The position numbers were made by a program, and so were the translations under genes. The notes below the pieces were generated by a model. That model was not told where the DNA came from and did no database searches. It saw only the letters and a program-made list of their open reading frames with translations. Shown here one piece after another: positions 43,834 to 60,465 of a stretch of 64,000 nt of DNA; position 1 is the stretch's first letter; every line of letters starts with the position of its first letter. This DNA comes from Eledone cirrhosa. Its lineage: Eukaryota. The stretch covers positions 32,266 through 96,265 of the forward strand of contig CAXHJY010000502.1 of the NCBI GenBank assembly GCA_964016885.1. The letters run 5' to 3'.

Positions 43834-45167
43834 AAAACAAATTACGAAATACTACGTGTTATTGACGAAATAGGAGATGAATATTTACGACGGATTAAAA
43901 CCCCAACATTTTGGCAAATCAACGCCTGTTTATATGCCTTAGCAATGACAGTGAAGCATTATCTTGGTGATAGCAGAGATATTAACAAGAACAAAACACC
44001 ACCAAAAATATCATCATATATAACTAAAATAGAAAAAAAGAGTGCTGACCTAGGAAAAAACATAGGACATGTGACAATGCTCCTTACATGCAAACAAACA
44101 CAAAAAAACCTCACTCCTCACCAACAAAGAGTGAAAAATAAAATAGAGACGATGTTTGGTAACAGTAGAACCAGAACTCTCCAATATAAGCTGATCACCC
44201 TCAAACAAGAATTGAGAGCTGTTAGCGAAAAACGCCGATACCTGAAGAAGGTAGATGAGAGAAAAATGCTTAATAAAAGATTCAGACGAAACCAAACATC
44301 AGTCTATAGAGATATGAAGGGCAAAATAATAAGTGTCACTGAGGCCCCATGCCAGAAAGACATTCCTTTTGGAGAAAAATATGGGGTGAAAAGAAGAATT
44401 TCAACCAAGATGCAGTGTGGCTAAGAGAAATCCGAAAGAACTATTGCTCCTACACTACAACAAAAACATACGAAATAAGTGAGGGTACCCTTGAGACTGT
44501 GATAGGAAAACTCCAAGATAAGAAAACACCAGGAAGCGACATGATTGTCGGCTACTGGTACAAAAAACTAATATTCTATCGGAGGTATCTTACTGACCTC
44601 TACCAACAAGTTCTTAAGGGAGATACACTTATACCAGAATGGTTGACATTAGCACAAACATTACTGGTCCCCAAGAACAAAGACACCCACTTGGCAAAAA
44701 ACTACCGACCCATTGCATGCCAGAACCTGATGTATAAGATGTATACAGCCTGCCTGAACCTATTCCTCCAAGATCACTGTGAAAATAATAACATCATCAC
44801 AGATGAACAAGCAGCTGGAAAGAAAAGGGTTTGGGGATGTGCTGAACAACTCCTAATCAACAAAACTGCGATGTCGGAGGTGCGACAACTTAGGAGGAAT
44901 ATGACTACAGTCTGGCTGGACTACAAGAAAGCTATCGATTCTGTTCCCCACTCTTGGATGATAGAGGCCCTCCAACTTGCTAAAGTCCCAGACATTATTG
45001 TCAGAGCCATAGAGAGGCTGTCTTCTTCTTGGGCTACTATCCTAAGGTTAAAGACAGAGAGGGAGGAATCTATTTTCACTGATAAAATATTGCAGGGGTA
45101 TATTTCAGGGGGACAGTCTCTCTTGTCATTAAACCCCTTGTCCTTTCTGCTCAAGAAATGTGAAGGA
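42843..45167 (+). pseudogene. Second, degenerate R4/Dong-like element (5' half), truncated at the RTE junction
   Basis: Fragments 43060-43314 (RNRNY..WS.ELN..HPEL), 43945-44424 and 44349-45167 (NYRPIACQN, WLDYKKA.DSVPH). Confidence 0.87.
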
Positions 45168-47858
45168 TATGTCTCGCCGACCCCAGAGTCGCCTTTCTAG
45201 CTTTCCGAAAGCATCACTTGCTTTCCTAATCCTAAGTGAGATCTCACTGTCAAGGTTGCCGTATCGATTGACAGTGCTTCCCAGGTAGACAAACTGATCA
45301 ACCACTCCAAGTCGTTTGCCATACACATAGATGTTTGGTTCAGTGTACTGCCTACCAGGTGCAGGTTGGTACATGACGACGGTTTTCTTGAGACTGACAG
45401 TCAAACCCAGGGCAGTGCAAGCGTCAGAAAATACATTCAAAATGTGCTGCATATCACTCTCTGTGTGCGCTACAAGATCGCAATCATCTGCATACAAGAG
45501 GTCTCTTATGACTGATGTAAATACTTTTGTCTTCGCAGCAAAGCGCCTGATGTTAAATATGCTGCCTGAGGTTCGATATCGGATGTAAACACCATGCTCG
45601 CAATTCCTGAATGCAATACAGAAAACCATTGCAAAGTATATGGCAAACAGGGTCGGTGCTGGAATATCCCCCTGTTTCACTCCATTTTTTACTGAGATAG
45701 GCTCCGACATGTTACCTCCGACATTAACCCAAGCCTTCATGTCGTCATGGAAAGACCTAACTAAAGCAAGGAACTTATCAGGGCAACCAAGTTTCTGGAG
45801 AACCTTCCATAATGCATCTCTGTTGACAGTATCGAAAGCCTTTGTCAGATCGACAAAAACCTGATACAGATCCAAGCCCTGTTCAATGCACTTCTCCTGG
45901 AGCTGTCTAGCTGAGAAGATCATATCAGTAGTGCCGCGTCCAACACGAAAACCAGATTGACTTTCAGGAAGGACACAATCTGCAATGTGTGTCAGCAGAC
46001 GGTCCAGAAGCACCCTACATAAAACTTTCCCCACGACAGAAAGCAATGATATACCTCTGTAGTTCCCACAATCATTCCTGTTACCCTTTCCCTTGTACAA
46101 GACCACCATTACTGCATCTCTCCAGTCCTCAGGCACGGATTCATTAGCCCATATCCCTCCAAACAGAGAGTGAAGATGTTGCAGGAGTCTCTCACCACCA
46201 TATTGTAGGAGCTCAGCATGTATGCCATCCATACCTGGAGATCTTCCACTGTTCAGCTTCGAAATAGCCACTGCAACCTCCACAAGTGTCGGAGGTTCTG
46301 CGAGAGCTACTTTCACAGGACTTTCCGGAATGAGATTGAGGAAATCTTCACTGACGACAGACGGCTGATTCAAAAGATCATCAAAGTGCTCTCGCCACCT
46401 TCGTAGAATTCCCTGTGAGTCACGAAGAAGTTCTTTGCCATCCCTGCTGCGAATCGGTGTCACCAGAGAAGAAGACGGTCCATAAACCTCACGCAAGAGA
46501 CTGTACAACAGCTTTGTGTTATTGCAATCAGACGCAGTTTGTATCTCACCAGCCTTCTCACTCCACCACTGATCCTTCATCTGAGAAAGACTCCGCCTAA
46601 CACGTGATTTTACATCCCTGAGCTCCTCATGCAACGTATTCCTCTCCTGTGGTCTTGCCGTCAAGTAGCGTGACAGAGCGCGCCTCTTATCAGCCAACAA
46701 GTCATCTATATGCACATCCTTCTCATCAAACCAGTCCTGATGTTTTCTCTGCACCAATCCCAGAACACGTCTGCCTACATCATAAACCGACTTTTTAAGA
46801 GTCGGCCAATCCTCACCAAGATCTGCAGCCTGCATCTCTTCTTCCAATGTCCTCTTCACATTTTTATCCTTAAGACGAGCAGCATTCAATCTTTTGGGCA
46901 GGGCAACACCAGGAGCCCGGATTTTACGTTTGGTGATTAGATTCACTTTTGCGCGTACCAGGCGGTGGTCCGTCCAGCACTCAGCTCCACGAAGAACACG
47001 AACACACTGCACATCCTGTCTGTCACGCATCCTGACTAGGACGTAGTCCAAAAGATGCCATTCCTTAGATGCAGGATGCATCCATGTGGTCTTGAATTTG
47101 TTCTTTTGTTGGAACATGGTGTTGGTAACACACAGATCCAGCTCCTCACACATCTGCAGCAAGAGCATACCATTGCTGTTACACTTTCCCACCCCATGCC
47201 TTCCGATTACATTCCATGTGTTAAAATCCCTACCCACTCTAGCATTAAAGTCACCAAGCACGATGACTTTGTCTGCCTGAGGGATATTTCTTAAAACACC
47301 TTTCAAGGCATGGTAAAAGGACAGTTTTTCTTCATCGACAGAATTCATAGTTGGAGCATACACACTCACCAGGGTAGCATATCTTCCCTTGTCCAGCGGA
47401 ACTCTCATGGACATAAGACGCTCACTAATCCCCACTGGGAATTCTTCCAATTTATTCACCAGTACAGTCTTAACAGCAAATCCTACCCCAGCCTCTCTTC
47501 TGGTTCCTTCATCTCTTCCTTTCCAGAAGAATGTATATTCTCCACAAAATTCCGTAAGATGACCATCTCCAGCCAACCTCGTCTCAGACAAAGCCACGAT
47601 GTCAAGATCGTAACGTCGAAGCTCCTTCGCAACAAGAGCGGTCCTTCGTTCAGGACGCTCCAAAGAATCCCTGTCAAGCAGCGTCCGTACGTTCCAGCAG
47701 CCAAGACTAAATGCCCTGTTTGGCTCTATTACAATGGCACGATGACGGGCGGGCCCAGGTTGTGATAACTTGGGGCCCCTGCCCTTATTGCCAATGATCT
47801 CTTTTGTTCCAGAACCCAAATTGGCAATTATCTCGTTTACATTGTTCTGGAACATCAT
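45166..47858 (-). CDS. RTE APE endonuclease plus reverse transcriptase (C-terminally truncated)
   Basis: 909-aa ORF: CWNVRTL, LSETR, LGDFNARVG, YRGISLLS, FVDLTKAFDTV, GVKQGD, LYADD, FVYLGS. Confidence 0.9.
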
Positions 47859-47866
47859 TGAATTGG

Positions 47867-47904
<38 letters not shown>

Positions 47905-47909
47905 TAATA

Positions 47910-47944
<35 letters not shown>

Positions 47945-48245
47945 ACACTATTAATAATTATTAATGCACTCGTGCAATGCCTGTGCGTGACGAATATTTT
48001 TAAAGTGAGGAAAGACTGTGCACTGAACCAATCCCACTCTCTGAGCGACAGTAGCTATAACCCGAAAAGAAGAAAAGATCAACATCATCGGTAACTACTG
48101 AGCCGCAGGTTTTATATCGGAGTTAACCCAGTTTCCTGAGATGCCTTCTCCTAGAAGAATACCCTGACATGGGCTAGGGGTTCTTCACTCCCAGTGGTTT
48201 AACTGCGCGATCGGGCATCCAGCCCGATTATTTCTATGTCCCCGC

Positions 48246-48246
<1 letters not shown>
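45166..48246 (-). mobile_element. RTE-clade LINE copy 2 with its 3' end deleted
   Basis: Highly similar to 29380-32447; intact APE+RT frame. Confidence 0.92.
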
Positions 48247-48283
<37 letters not shown>

Positions 48284-48718
48284 ACTTATTGACACTTATA
48301 CGTACGACATACACACACACGCATACATATGCGTGCACACAGCAACACTCGCACACACAACAAACACACACACACGCTACTCTACTCACTTACACGCACA
48401 CACACACATATATATATATATATTACCGTCATTACTGATACAAGATTACCAGATTATGTCAACTGTTGACTTTCAAGAGTTTGTATAGTTGAAGCCGATC
48501 GTATTACAGTCCAGTATTACTATAATTGCTTTACAGCATAGAGTTATGGCTCTCCACGGAGTCAACAAAAGAGAGTACCAGTGATGCGCTGGCCAGTCGC
48601 TGGATCCGTGCCAAAAGCAGAAAAATTATTATTAAAGTTGTTCTTAAGGTCGCTGGTGATGGTGATGGCGACGGCGGTGGCGGTGGTGGTGGTGGTGGCA
48701 GTTGATGTTGTTGTTCTG

Positions 48719-48759
<41 letters not shown>

Positions 48760-49445
48760 GTTATTTTGAGTTTTTTTTTTTTTTTTCCTTTCTTTTTTTC
48801 CTCTTTTTTTTTTTTTTTTTCCCTTTTCCTTTTTCTTTTCCCTTCCTTTTTTTATGTTTTGATGCCGCTGTTGTTGTTGCTGTTGTAATTGTTGTAAATG
48901 TTCATTTCAGTTCATTCTGAAGCTGTTGTTGCTGTAAACATTAGTGCCGGTGTTGTTGTTGTTGTAGATGTTGGGGTTGAAATCTGGTTGTTTGACTGAG
49001 TGATGTATATACACACATATACATACACACACATATATATATATACATTCATCAGAGAGTAGAGAGTTTGACAACAGGTCGATGACTTTAGTCTCGATAG
49101 GGTATGGTATGGTAATGACATGTGATGGTGGGGAGAGAGTGTAGACGTTATTGTGGTGGTGTGGACAGTGAGATGTATCTAGTTCATTTGACCGTTTTCT
49201 TCTCTTAGCAAAATTTGAATTCTAGCCATGTTATATTGAGATGTAAGTAAATGTAAAATATAAATAAGGATTGCTCTGCTAAAATATACTAAAATATTTG
49301 TGTAACTTCCACAAACTTCTGTCGTGACATTCCCGAGTCCAGTAACCAACAAATTGTTGTATTTTGATGTTTCAGAATACAAAAATTAATTAAAAACTTA
49401 CCCCACGAAGAGACAGCGTGTGTTGTCCTATCTATAAGCTCCCTC

Positions 49446-51369
<1,924 letters not shown>

Positions 51370-51650
51370 AACTTTGAATAACTTTGAAATGCCAGTATTG
51401 GCCCAGGCCATGTCTAACTTAATAGCACCACCTGGCGAAGTCTTTCAATTCAGGATTTGGGCACCATGGCCCATTCGAGAAGAGAATTACTGTTTGCGGA
51501 GACATATCCGGGTGTGGGTGGTTTGTCCGGGATTACTTGGAGGAATTTGTCCAAAGACTTCTTGAATTTTGTGTGGTCAGTTTCTGTTTTGACGTGTCCT
51601 GGTGTGATGTTGAAGAGAGCAGGGCCGATTGAGGTGAAATAATTGTGCCG
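51370..51650 (-). mobile_element. 3' stub of a CR1/L2-group LINE
   Basis: [31 protein letters not shown]-terminal motif; short tandem tail (caaagttat)2. Confidence 0.7.
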
Positions 51651-51751
51651 TATATACATACATATATATATATATACGTATATATATATACATATACATA
51701 CATATATATATATATACGTATATATATATACATATACATACATATATATAC

Positions 51752-51867
<116 letters not shown>

Positions 51868-51897
51868 ACATATATATATATACATATATATATATAC

Positions 51898-51928
<31 letters not shown>

Positions 51929-51966
51929 CATATATATACATATATATATATATACATATATATATA

Positions 51967-52878
51967 TTTATTAAAATAACAGATTAAAGTTTAAGCAAAG
52001 AATCGCTGCTTTCACCCTTAACGGGATCTTCTGAAACTAACAAAGTCAATCTGTAAACGCAGAACTGGATATTTCAAAAAACGTTGCAACCGGAGGAAGA
52101 CAGGAAGACGATACTTTGGCTCATGGTGACGTTCGCTGGCAAAGAACGGGAAAAAAACGAATAATACGTCATTAATAGGAGCGGTGAAAAACAATTACGT
52201 GCAAGGACAGAACCACGTTTATGGTATAAAAGAGGTCGTAGACTAATGTTCTCTAAGTGGTGCATAGAGACGTTCTCTGGCAATGAACGAAAAAACGAAG
52301 ATAATAAGTCATATGTGGAGCGTGGAGAACAATAGCGTGCAAAGACAAAACCACGTAAATGGTATAGCAGAAGTCGTAGACTAAAATTCTAACTAGGAGA
52401 CCGAATGAATCTCCGCTACAGAGTTAAGAACAAAGTAAATAAATACATTACAGAAGTAATAGGAACAAATAAATACATACACGCAAACAGATACGTACAT
52501 ACACAAGCATACGCAAAACCTTACCATAGGTATACAAAACCACGCAATATAAATATGTGTATGTGTGTATGCTTGTGTACAAATAAATAAATAATTATAT
52601 AAACGTATATAAGTAAATAAATACGTATATAACAAGCGCACACACATACATACAAATAAATACATGAAGGTTCGGAGACGTAAGTCAACTAAAACAAGAA
52701 GTACACATATACACACACCCACCATACGTACGAACCTGCATACTCACGCAGATTCTTTGCTTAAACTTTAATCTGTTATTTTAATAAATATTTGCTCTTC
52801 GGTTCTTATATATTTGATATATATTTTCCTTATCGAGCCCTCTCTGGATTTTAGTCTTCAATTTTATTATTATTACTA
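51967..52878 (-). mobile_element. ~900-bp non-coding HHR element (minus arm 51967-52744) with an inverted plus arm 52745-52878
   Basis: ttattaaaataacagattaaagtttaagcaaagaatc (51968-52004) is the reverse complement of ~52751-52787. HHR at 51988. Confidence 0.75.
51988..52038 (-). ncRNA. Type I HHR with A4 variant core (CAGAAGA)
   Basis: Reverse complement: AGTTT-CAGAAGA-T-CCC(GTTAA)GGG-T-GAAA-GCA..TGC-TT^AAACT. Stem I extends via acagattga/ttaatctgt. Confidence 0.8.
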
Positions 52879-52935
52879 TACATATATATATATATACATA
52901 TATATACATATATACATATATATATATATATAGAC

Positions 52936-52968
<33 letters not shown>

Positions 52969-53249
52969 GACATATATATATATACATATATATATACGTA
53001 TATATATATATACATATATATATATATACATATATACATATATATATACATATATATATATACATATATATATACATATACATATATACATATATATATA
53101 CATATATATATATATACATATATATATACGTATATATATATACATATATATATACGTATATATATATATACATATATATATATATACATATACATATATA
53201 TATATATACATATATATATACACATATATATATACATATACATATATAC

Positions 53250-53294
<45 letters not shown>

Positions 53295-53309
53295 CATATA
53301 CATATATAC

Positions 53310-53354
<45 letters not shown>

Positions 53355-53665
53355 CATATACATATATACATATATATATATACATATATATATACATATA
53401 TATATATACATATACATATATATATATATATACATATATATATACATATACATATATATATATATATACATATACACATATATATATACATATATACATA
53501 TATATATATATACATATATATATACATATATACATATATATATATATACATATATATATACATATATATATATACATATATATATATACATACATATATA
53601 TATACATACATATATATATACATATATATATACATATATATATACATATATATACATATATATAC

Positions 53666-53718
<53 letters not shown>

Positions 53719-53747
53719 CATATATATATATATACATATATATATAC

Positions 53748-53796
<49 letters not shown>

Positions 53797-53880
53797 CATA
53801 TATACATATATATATATACATATATATATATATACATATATATATATACATATATATATATACATATATATATACATATA
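52879..53880. repeat. (TA)nCA compound microsatellite
   Basis: Directly visible. Confidence 0.96.
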
Positions 53881-54381
53881 TGGAAAGTTATATTTAAATT
53901 GTTGGGTTAACAACGAGTAAATATTTATAACTGATATAAAAGCACTCAACAAGTATTTGGAGTATATTTATGATATTAAATAAATGGAAACTATATTTAT
54001 AAAACCATATTTATTTCATTATATATATTTCAGGGATATCATATTAACAATATGTTATGCCTTCTTCAGACAAAATACAATATAAACAGTCTTATAAATA
54101 AATAGATACGACATACCTTTCAATCGACTTGCATTTGGGAAGTTGATTTGGCAGTAAAAAATATTGTGGACAGTTGTAAAAAGAAAGAGAGAAAGAAAGA
54201 AAGAAAGAAAAACGAAAAAAAAGAAGAAATGCATGTGACTAAATAGAGAGATATAGAAAGATAGATAAAGAGAAGAACTTCATGTAAAGAAACAGAGAGA
54301 GATATATAGAGAGAGGAAAAAAAGAAAGAGATAGATAGAGATAGATAGAGAAACTAGGTAGTTGAGTATCAGTTGATACAT

Positions 54382-54412
<31 letters not shown>

Positions 54413-55340
54413 GCTCTAGTATTAATGTAAAGAGAGATGTATGTAGTTAAGAGAGAAAATAGCCGTTATATAGAGAGAAAAAAGAGAAAATGAAAAAGAG
54501 AAAATGAAAAATAACCAGACATAAACGAGGCAGAATTTAAAAAACGCTATGTTTCATCATGTAGAAAATATTAGTTCATATAAAACAGGCATTATAATGT
54601 AAATATCAGTATTTATGAATGAGACATGTATCTATAATGTGTGAAAAGTAATGATCTTATGTCTAGTTTTTAAAAATTCATATGTTTATATCATAATTAT
54701 AAACAAACTCCCAATTCACACGAAAACATTCTCATTGTGCTATAAAAATTCAAGTATACATATATGTGTGTATATATACACATATATATAGAGTCTATAT
54801 TAATTTTAACAATACTATTCTTGTCTTTACTCTACATGATTGTCGATCAAGCAGAAATAGAGAACAGATTTCAATATATTAATAAAAATAAAAATAAAAA
54901 TAAAAATAAAAATAAAAATAAAAATAAAAATATCAGAGACAAGAAAATAAATAAATAAACAAAAAACTAAAACATTTAATATTAAAAATAAAAATATTAC
55001 AAAATATTAAAAAATAATAAAAATAAAACATAGTATGCCACGCAAATCAGCCACAAAGATCAGCCTTTCAAAGTTAATTGACAATATATTGCCAAGTTCA
55101 TCATAAGCATCAGAGTCGAAACAGATAAAACAAAAATTATTTACCAAATCCTGTCTAGCAGAAAACATTCCAAAAGTTTAGGATACCCATTTGGTCTACA
55201 TATGTTCTTATATTTAAGGGTATCCTAAACTTTTGGAATGATTTATGCTAGACAGGATTTGGTAAATAATTTTTGTTTTATCTGTTTCGACTCTGATGCT
55301 TATGATGAACTTGGCAATATATTGTCAATTAACTTTGAAA
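53881..55340 (-). mobile_element. PLE family A 3'-region-only copy with a short inverted arm (55218-55340)
   Basis: Homologous to ~10620-11955 and to the reverse complement of ~25320-26830. 55219-55330 inverts ~55066-55188. Confidence 0.85.
54012..54077 (-). ncRNA. Type I HHR, PLE family A (core CTGAAGA)
   Basis: Reverse complement: TATTTTGT-CTGAAGA-AGGCATAACATATT(GTT)AATATGATATCCCT-GAAA-TATATA-TA^ATGAAATA. Confidence 0.85.
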
Positions 55341-55403
55341 TATATTAACTTTGAAATATATGTATATATATATATGTATAAATATATATGTATATATATA
55401 TAC

Positions 55404-55448
<45 letters not shown>

Positions 55449-56020
55449 CATATATATATATACATATATACATATATATATATACATATATACATATATA
55501 TATATACATATATATATATACATATATATATATACATATATATATATACATATATACATATATATATATACATATATATATATACATATATATATATACA
55601 TATATATATATACATACATATATATATATACATATATATATATACATATATATATATACATATATATATATACATATATATATTATAAGTCTGTTTTTTA
55701 CCTATTTTTTACCTATTTTTTACCTACTCTTACCTAATCTCATTATCTTATCTACTCTTGTCTGTTCTCTTATCCATGTGTCTACTCTTGTCTGTTCTCT
55801 TATCCATGTGTCTACTCTTGTCTGTTCTCTTATCCATGTGTATGCTTGTATGTAACTATATGTTGACAGCACACCGCCCAACTGTGACTGATAGCACCCC
55901 TTATTTTTATTTTTATTTTTATTTTTATTTTTATTTTTATTCTTATCCTCTATCGTCTATTATTACCTTTCATTCTTCAATGTCTTCGATTTGTTATTGC
56001 TTGTATGGTATGTAATTAAC

Positions 56021-56078
56021 CTTTATGCTCTGATGAGTCCCACTTATAGTGCGGATGAAACAATGTTAGCAAGTAAAG
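56021..56078 (+). ncRNA. Type I HHR (block A, copy 1)
   Basis: CTTTATGCT-CTGATGA-GTCCCACT(TAT)AGTGCGGAT-GAAA-C(AAT)G-TT^AGCA(AG)TAAAG. Confidence 0.88.
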
Positions 56079-56267
56079 ATATGCATATGCTATAAGCGTT
56101 CTTTGTTATTTATTTATTATTTTACGGCTCTGTCCTCAGACATTGAGGTAACCTCATACTGCCTGCTGGATAAGTGGAGTGTTATACACCCCTGATCCTT
56201 TCCCTAGCATACTATATATACATATATATATGTATATATATATACATATATATTTATACATATATAC

Positions 56268-56304
<37 letters not shown>

Positions 56305-56501
56305 CATATATATTTATACATATATACATATATATATATACATATATATATATGTATATATATATACATATATATTTATACATATATACATATGTATATA
56401 TATATACATATATATTTATACATATATACATATATATATATATATACATATATATTTATACATATATACATATATATATATATATATTTATACATATATA
56501 C

Positions 56502-56576
<75 letters not shown>

Positions 56577-56677
56577 CATATATATATATATACATATATA
56601 TATATACATATATATATATATACATATATATTTTTACATATATATATACATACATATATATATACATATATATATAC

Positions 56678-56740
<63 letters not shown>

Positions 56741-56963
56741 CATATATATATATACATATATATATACATATATATATACATATATATATACATATATATA
56801 TATACATATATATATATACATATATATATACATATATATATATACATATATATATATACATATATATATATATACATATATATATATAATACATATATAT
56901 ATACATATATATATATAATACATATATATATATACATATATATATATACATACATATATATAC

Positions 56964-57072
<109 letters not shown>

Positions 57073-57263
57073 CATATATACATATATATGTTTGTGTCTA
57101 TATTGTATCTGTATTATTTTTGACCGTCGGTCAGTCAATGGCAACATTGAGGACCGAGTAAGTTAGATATAAAAGACAGCGAGAAGCGAAAACCAACCAA
57201 ACAGTGAGTGTGTTCTGTCATTAATTCTGGCAATATTACGCAAATATGACCCTCCCCAAGTAT

Positions 57264-57368
<105 letters not shown>

Positions 57369-57381
57369 CATATACATATAC

Positions 57382-57416
<35 letters not shown>

Positions 57417-57497
57417 CATATATATATACATATACATATACATATATATATATATACATATACATATATATATATATACATATACATATATATATAC

Positions 57498-57544
<47 letters not shown>

Positions 57545-57583
57545 CATATATATATATACATATATATATACATATATATATAC

Positions 57584-57630
<47 letters not shown>

Positions 57631-57685
57631 CATATATATATACATATATATATATATACATATATATATATACATATATATATAC

Positions 57686-57732
<47 letters not shown>

Positions 57733-57756
57733 CATATATATATATACATATATATA

Positions 57757-58496
57757 TTATAATAGAAAGATTTGAATGGATACCGTTTAGTTGAAAGGAA
57801 TTTATTGACACGTGTTTCTATAACAGTTACATAACCTAAAACAGCTATCTACAAACTTTTAGTTATGCAGACATTCAATATTTCAATGTTATTGTTTACT
57901 GTCATTTCATCAGAATAATATTACTGAGGACCTATTTAGTTTTTATAGAGAATATTAGGAGGAAGGGGTGAAGTTGTTAGAAGAATAGTTGAAGGAGTGG
58001 TTTTTCGATAGCAGTGAGAATTCTTGGTGGCAGTGATTAATTAGATTCCCATCTGTTGTTTTGACATTTTTTATAGAATATATTATTGGTTATTTTTCTA
58101 AATCTATAGAAGGATTAGAGATAGTAAAGATATGCGTGGTTGGTTTTGTGTTTGCACTTAACATTCAGACTTAAATTTTTCTTTCAAGTGTACGTATTCT
58201 TTCACCCACGCATTCACACACAAATATATTTGCACACCTCTACAAAATACATATACTCACAATTCACATATTCATACTTACATATATATACACATGCATA
58301 CACATATATATACACACATGTATTCATGTACATACATACGCGCTCATGTGTATACATTTTCATACTCAACTTATCTTTATATATACACACACATATATAC
58401 ATACATACTCTAGTCCATGTGTACACACATACACATACATACACATCCATATACACATACATACATACACATATATATATACATATATACACATAC

Positions 58497-58537
<41 letters not shown>

Positions 58538-58952
58538 CATATATACACACATATACACACACACATATATATATATATATATAAGCACTTTAATACATGA
58601 ATACACTTACATCTAACTATACACATCAAACATATATATATATTTACTTATTTATATACATTTTCACATATATATACATACTTATGGACGTTTTTAGACA
58701 CATTCATTATCGCATATTTGTACCTATTCTCATCAGCATATCTTTTCATTATTAGTATGGTAATTTAAGGTTATTAATATATGTTGAAAAGAGATTGTTT
58801 TTATATTTTTCTAACTAGATTAAGGTTTATATAGTTGGGGGATGTCCCTCTTTTATGTAATATTCGGCTTGTAGTGGGAAAAAAGGGTTTTAGTTCTGTG
58901 ACGGCAGAATAATGTTCGTTCAATTTATATTACAACACAACGGAAAAAACTG
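57757..58952 (-). mobile_element. Probable PLE 3'-end fragment (third family) carrying a large HHR
   Basis: Minus strand reads FCRHRTKTLFSHYK near 58865-58908, similar to the PLE C-terminal CRHR. HHR near its 3' end. Confidence 0.55.
57802..57918 (-). ncRNA. Type I HHR with a branched ~90-nt stem II domain
   Basis: Reverse complement: TTATT-CTGATGA-A-ATGACAGT...ACTGTTAT-A-GAAA-CACGTG-TC^AATAA. Palindromic ACACGTGT stem III. Confidence 0.83.
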
Positions 58953-59276
58953 TATATATATATTATAAGTCTGTTTTTTACCTATTTTTTACCTATTTTT
59001 TACCTACTCTTACCTAATCCCATTATCTTATCTACTCTTGTCTGTTCTCTTATCCATGTGTCTACTCTTGTCTGTTCTCTTATCCATGTGTATGCTTGTA
59101 TGTAACTATATGTTGACAGCACACCGCCCAACTGTGACTGATAGCACCCCTTATTTTTATTTTTATTTTTATTTTTATTTTTACTTTTATTTTTATTCTT
59201 ATCCTCTATCGTCTATTATTACCTTTCATTCTTCAATGTCTTGGATTTGTTATTGCTTGTATGGTATGTAATTAAC

Positions 59277-59334
59277 CTTTATGCTCTGATGAGTCCCACT
59301 TATAGTGCGGATGAAACAATGTTAGCAAGTAAAG
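59277..59334 (+). ncRNA. Type I HHR (block A, copy 2)
   Basis: Same as 56021-56078. Confidence 0.88.
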
Positions 59335-59709
59335 ATATGCATATGCTATAAGCGTTCTTTGTTATTTATTTATTATTTTACGGCTCTGTCCTCAGACATT
59401 GAGCTAACCTCATACTGCCTGCTGGATAAGTGGAGTGTTATACACCCCTGATCCTTTCCCTAGCATACTATATATACATATATATATGTATATATATATA
59501 CATATATATTTATACATATATACATATATATATATACATATATATATATGTATATATATATACATATATATTTATACATATATACATATATATATATACA
59601 TATATATATATGTATATATATATACATATATATTTATACATATATACATATATATATATACATATATATATATGTATATATATATACATATATATTTATA
59701 CATATATAC

Positions 59710-59740
<31 letters not shown>

Positions 59741-59763
59741 CATATATATTTATACATATATAC

Positions 59764-59826
<63 letters not shown>

Positions 59827-59827
59827 C

Positions 59828-59890
<63 letters not shown>

Positions 59891-59957
59891 CATATATATA
59901 TATACATATATATATATATACATATATATATACATATATATATACATATATATATAC

Positions 59958-60028
<71 letters not shown>

Positions 60029-60087
60029 TATATACATATATATATATATACATATATATATACATATATATATACATATATATATAC

Positions 60088-60142
<55 letters not shown>

Positions 60143-60149
60143 CATATAT

Positions 60150-60192
<43 letters not shown>

Positions 60193-60387
60193 TATACATA
60201 TATACATATATATGTTTGTGTCTATATTGTATCTGTATTATTTTTGACCGTCGGTCAGTCAATGGCAACATTGAGGACCGAGTAAGTTAGATATAAAAGA
60301 CAGCGAGAAGCGAAAACCAACCAAACAGTGAGTGTGTTCTGTCATTAATTCTGGCAATATTACGCAAATATGACCCTCCCCAAGTAT

Positions 60388-60462
<75 letters not shown>

Positions 60463-60465
60463 CAT

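Noticed and set aside
48620-49445. Unique-looking island: possible host exon or another HHR element
   Set aside because: It is mostly simple repeats (GT, GGT, T-runs); no credible ORF, splice pattern or ribozyme core was found.
56125-56185. Twister- or HDV-like motif after the block A HHR (taacc..actgcc..ggataagtggag)
   Set aside because: Only fragments resemble the twister consensus; the central conserved segment and pseudoknots are missing. A simple hairpin explains it.
57923-57960. Plus-strand CTGAGGA hammerhead candidate
   Set aside because: It is followed by GAAT rather than GAAA and has no stem III or NUH closure.
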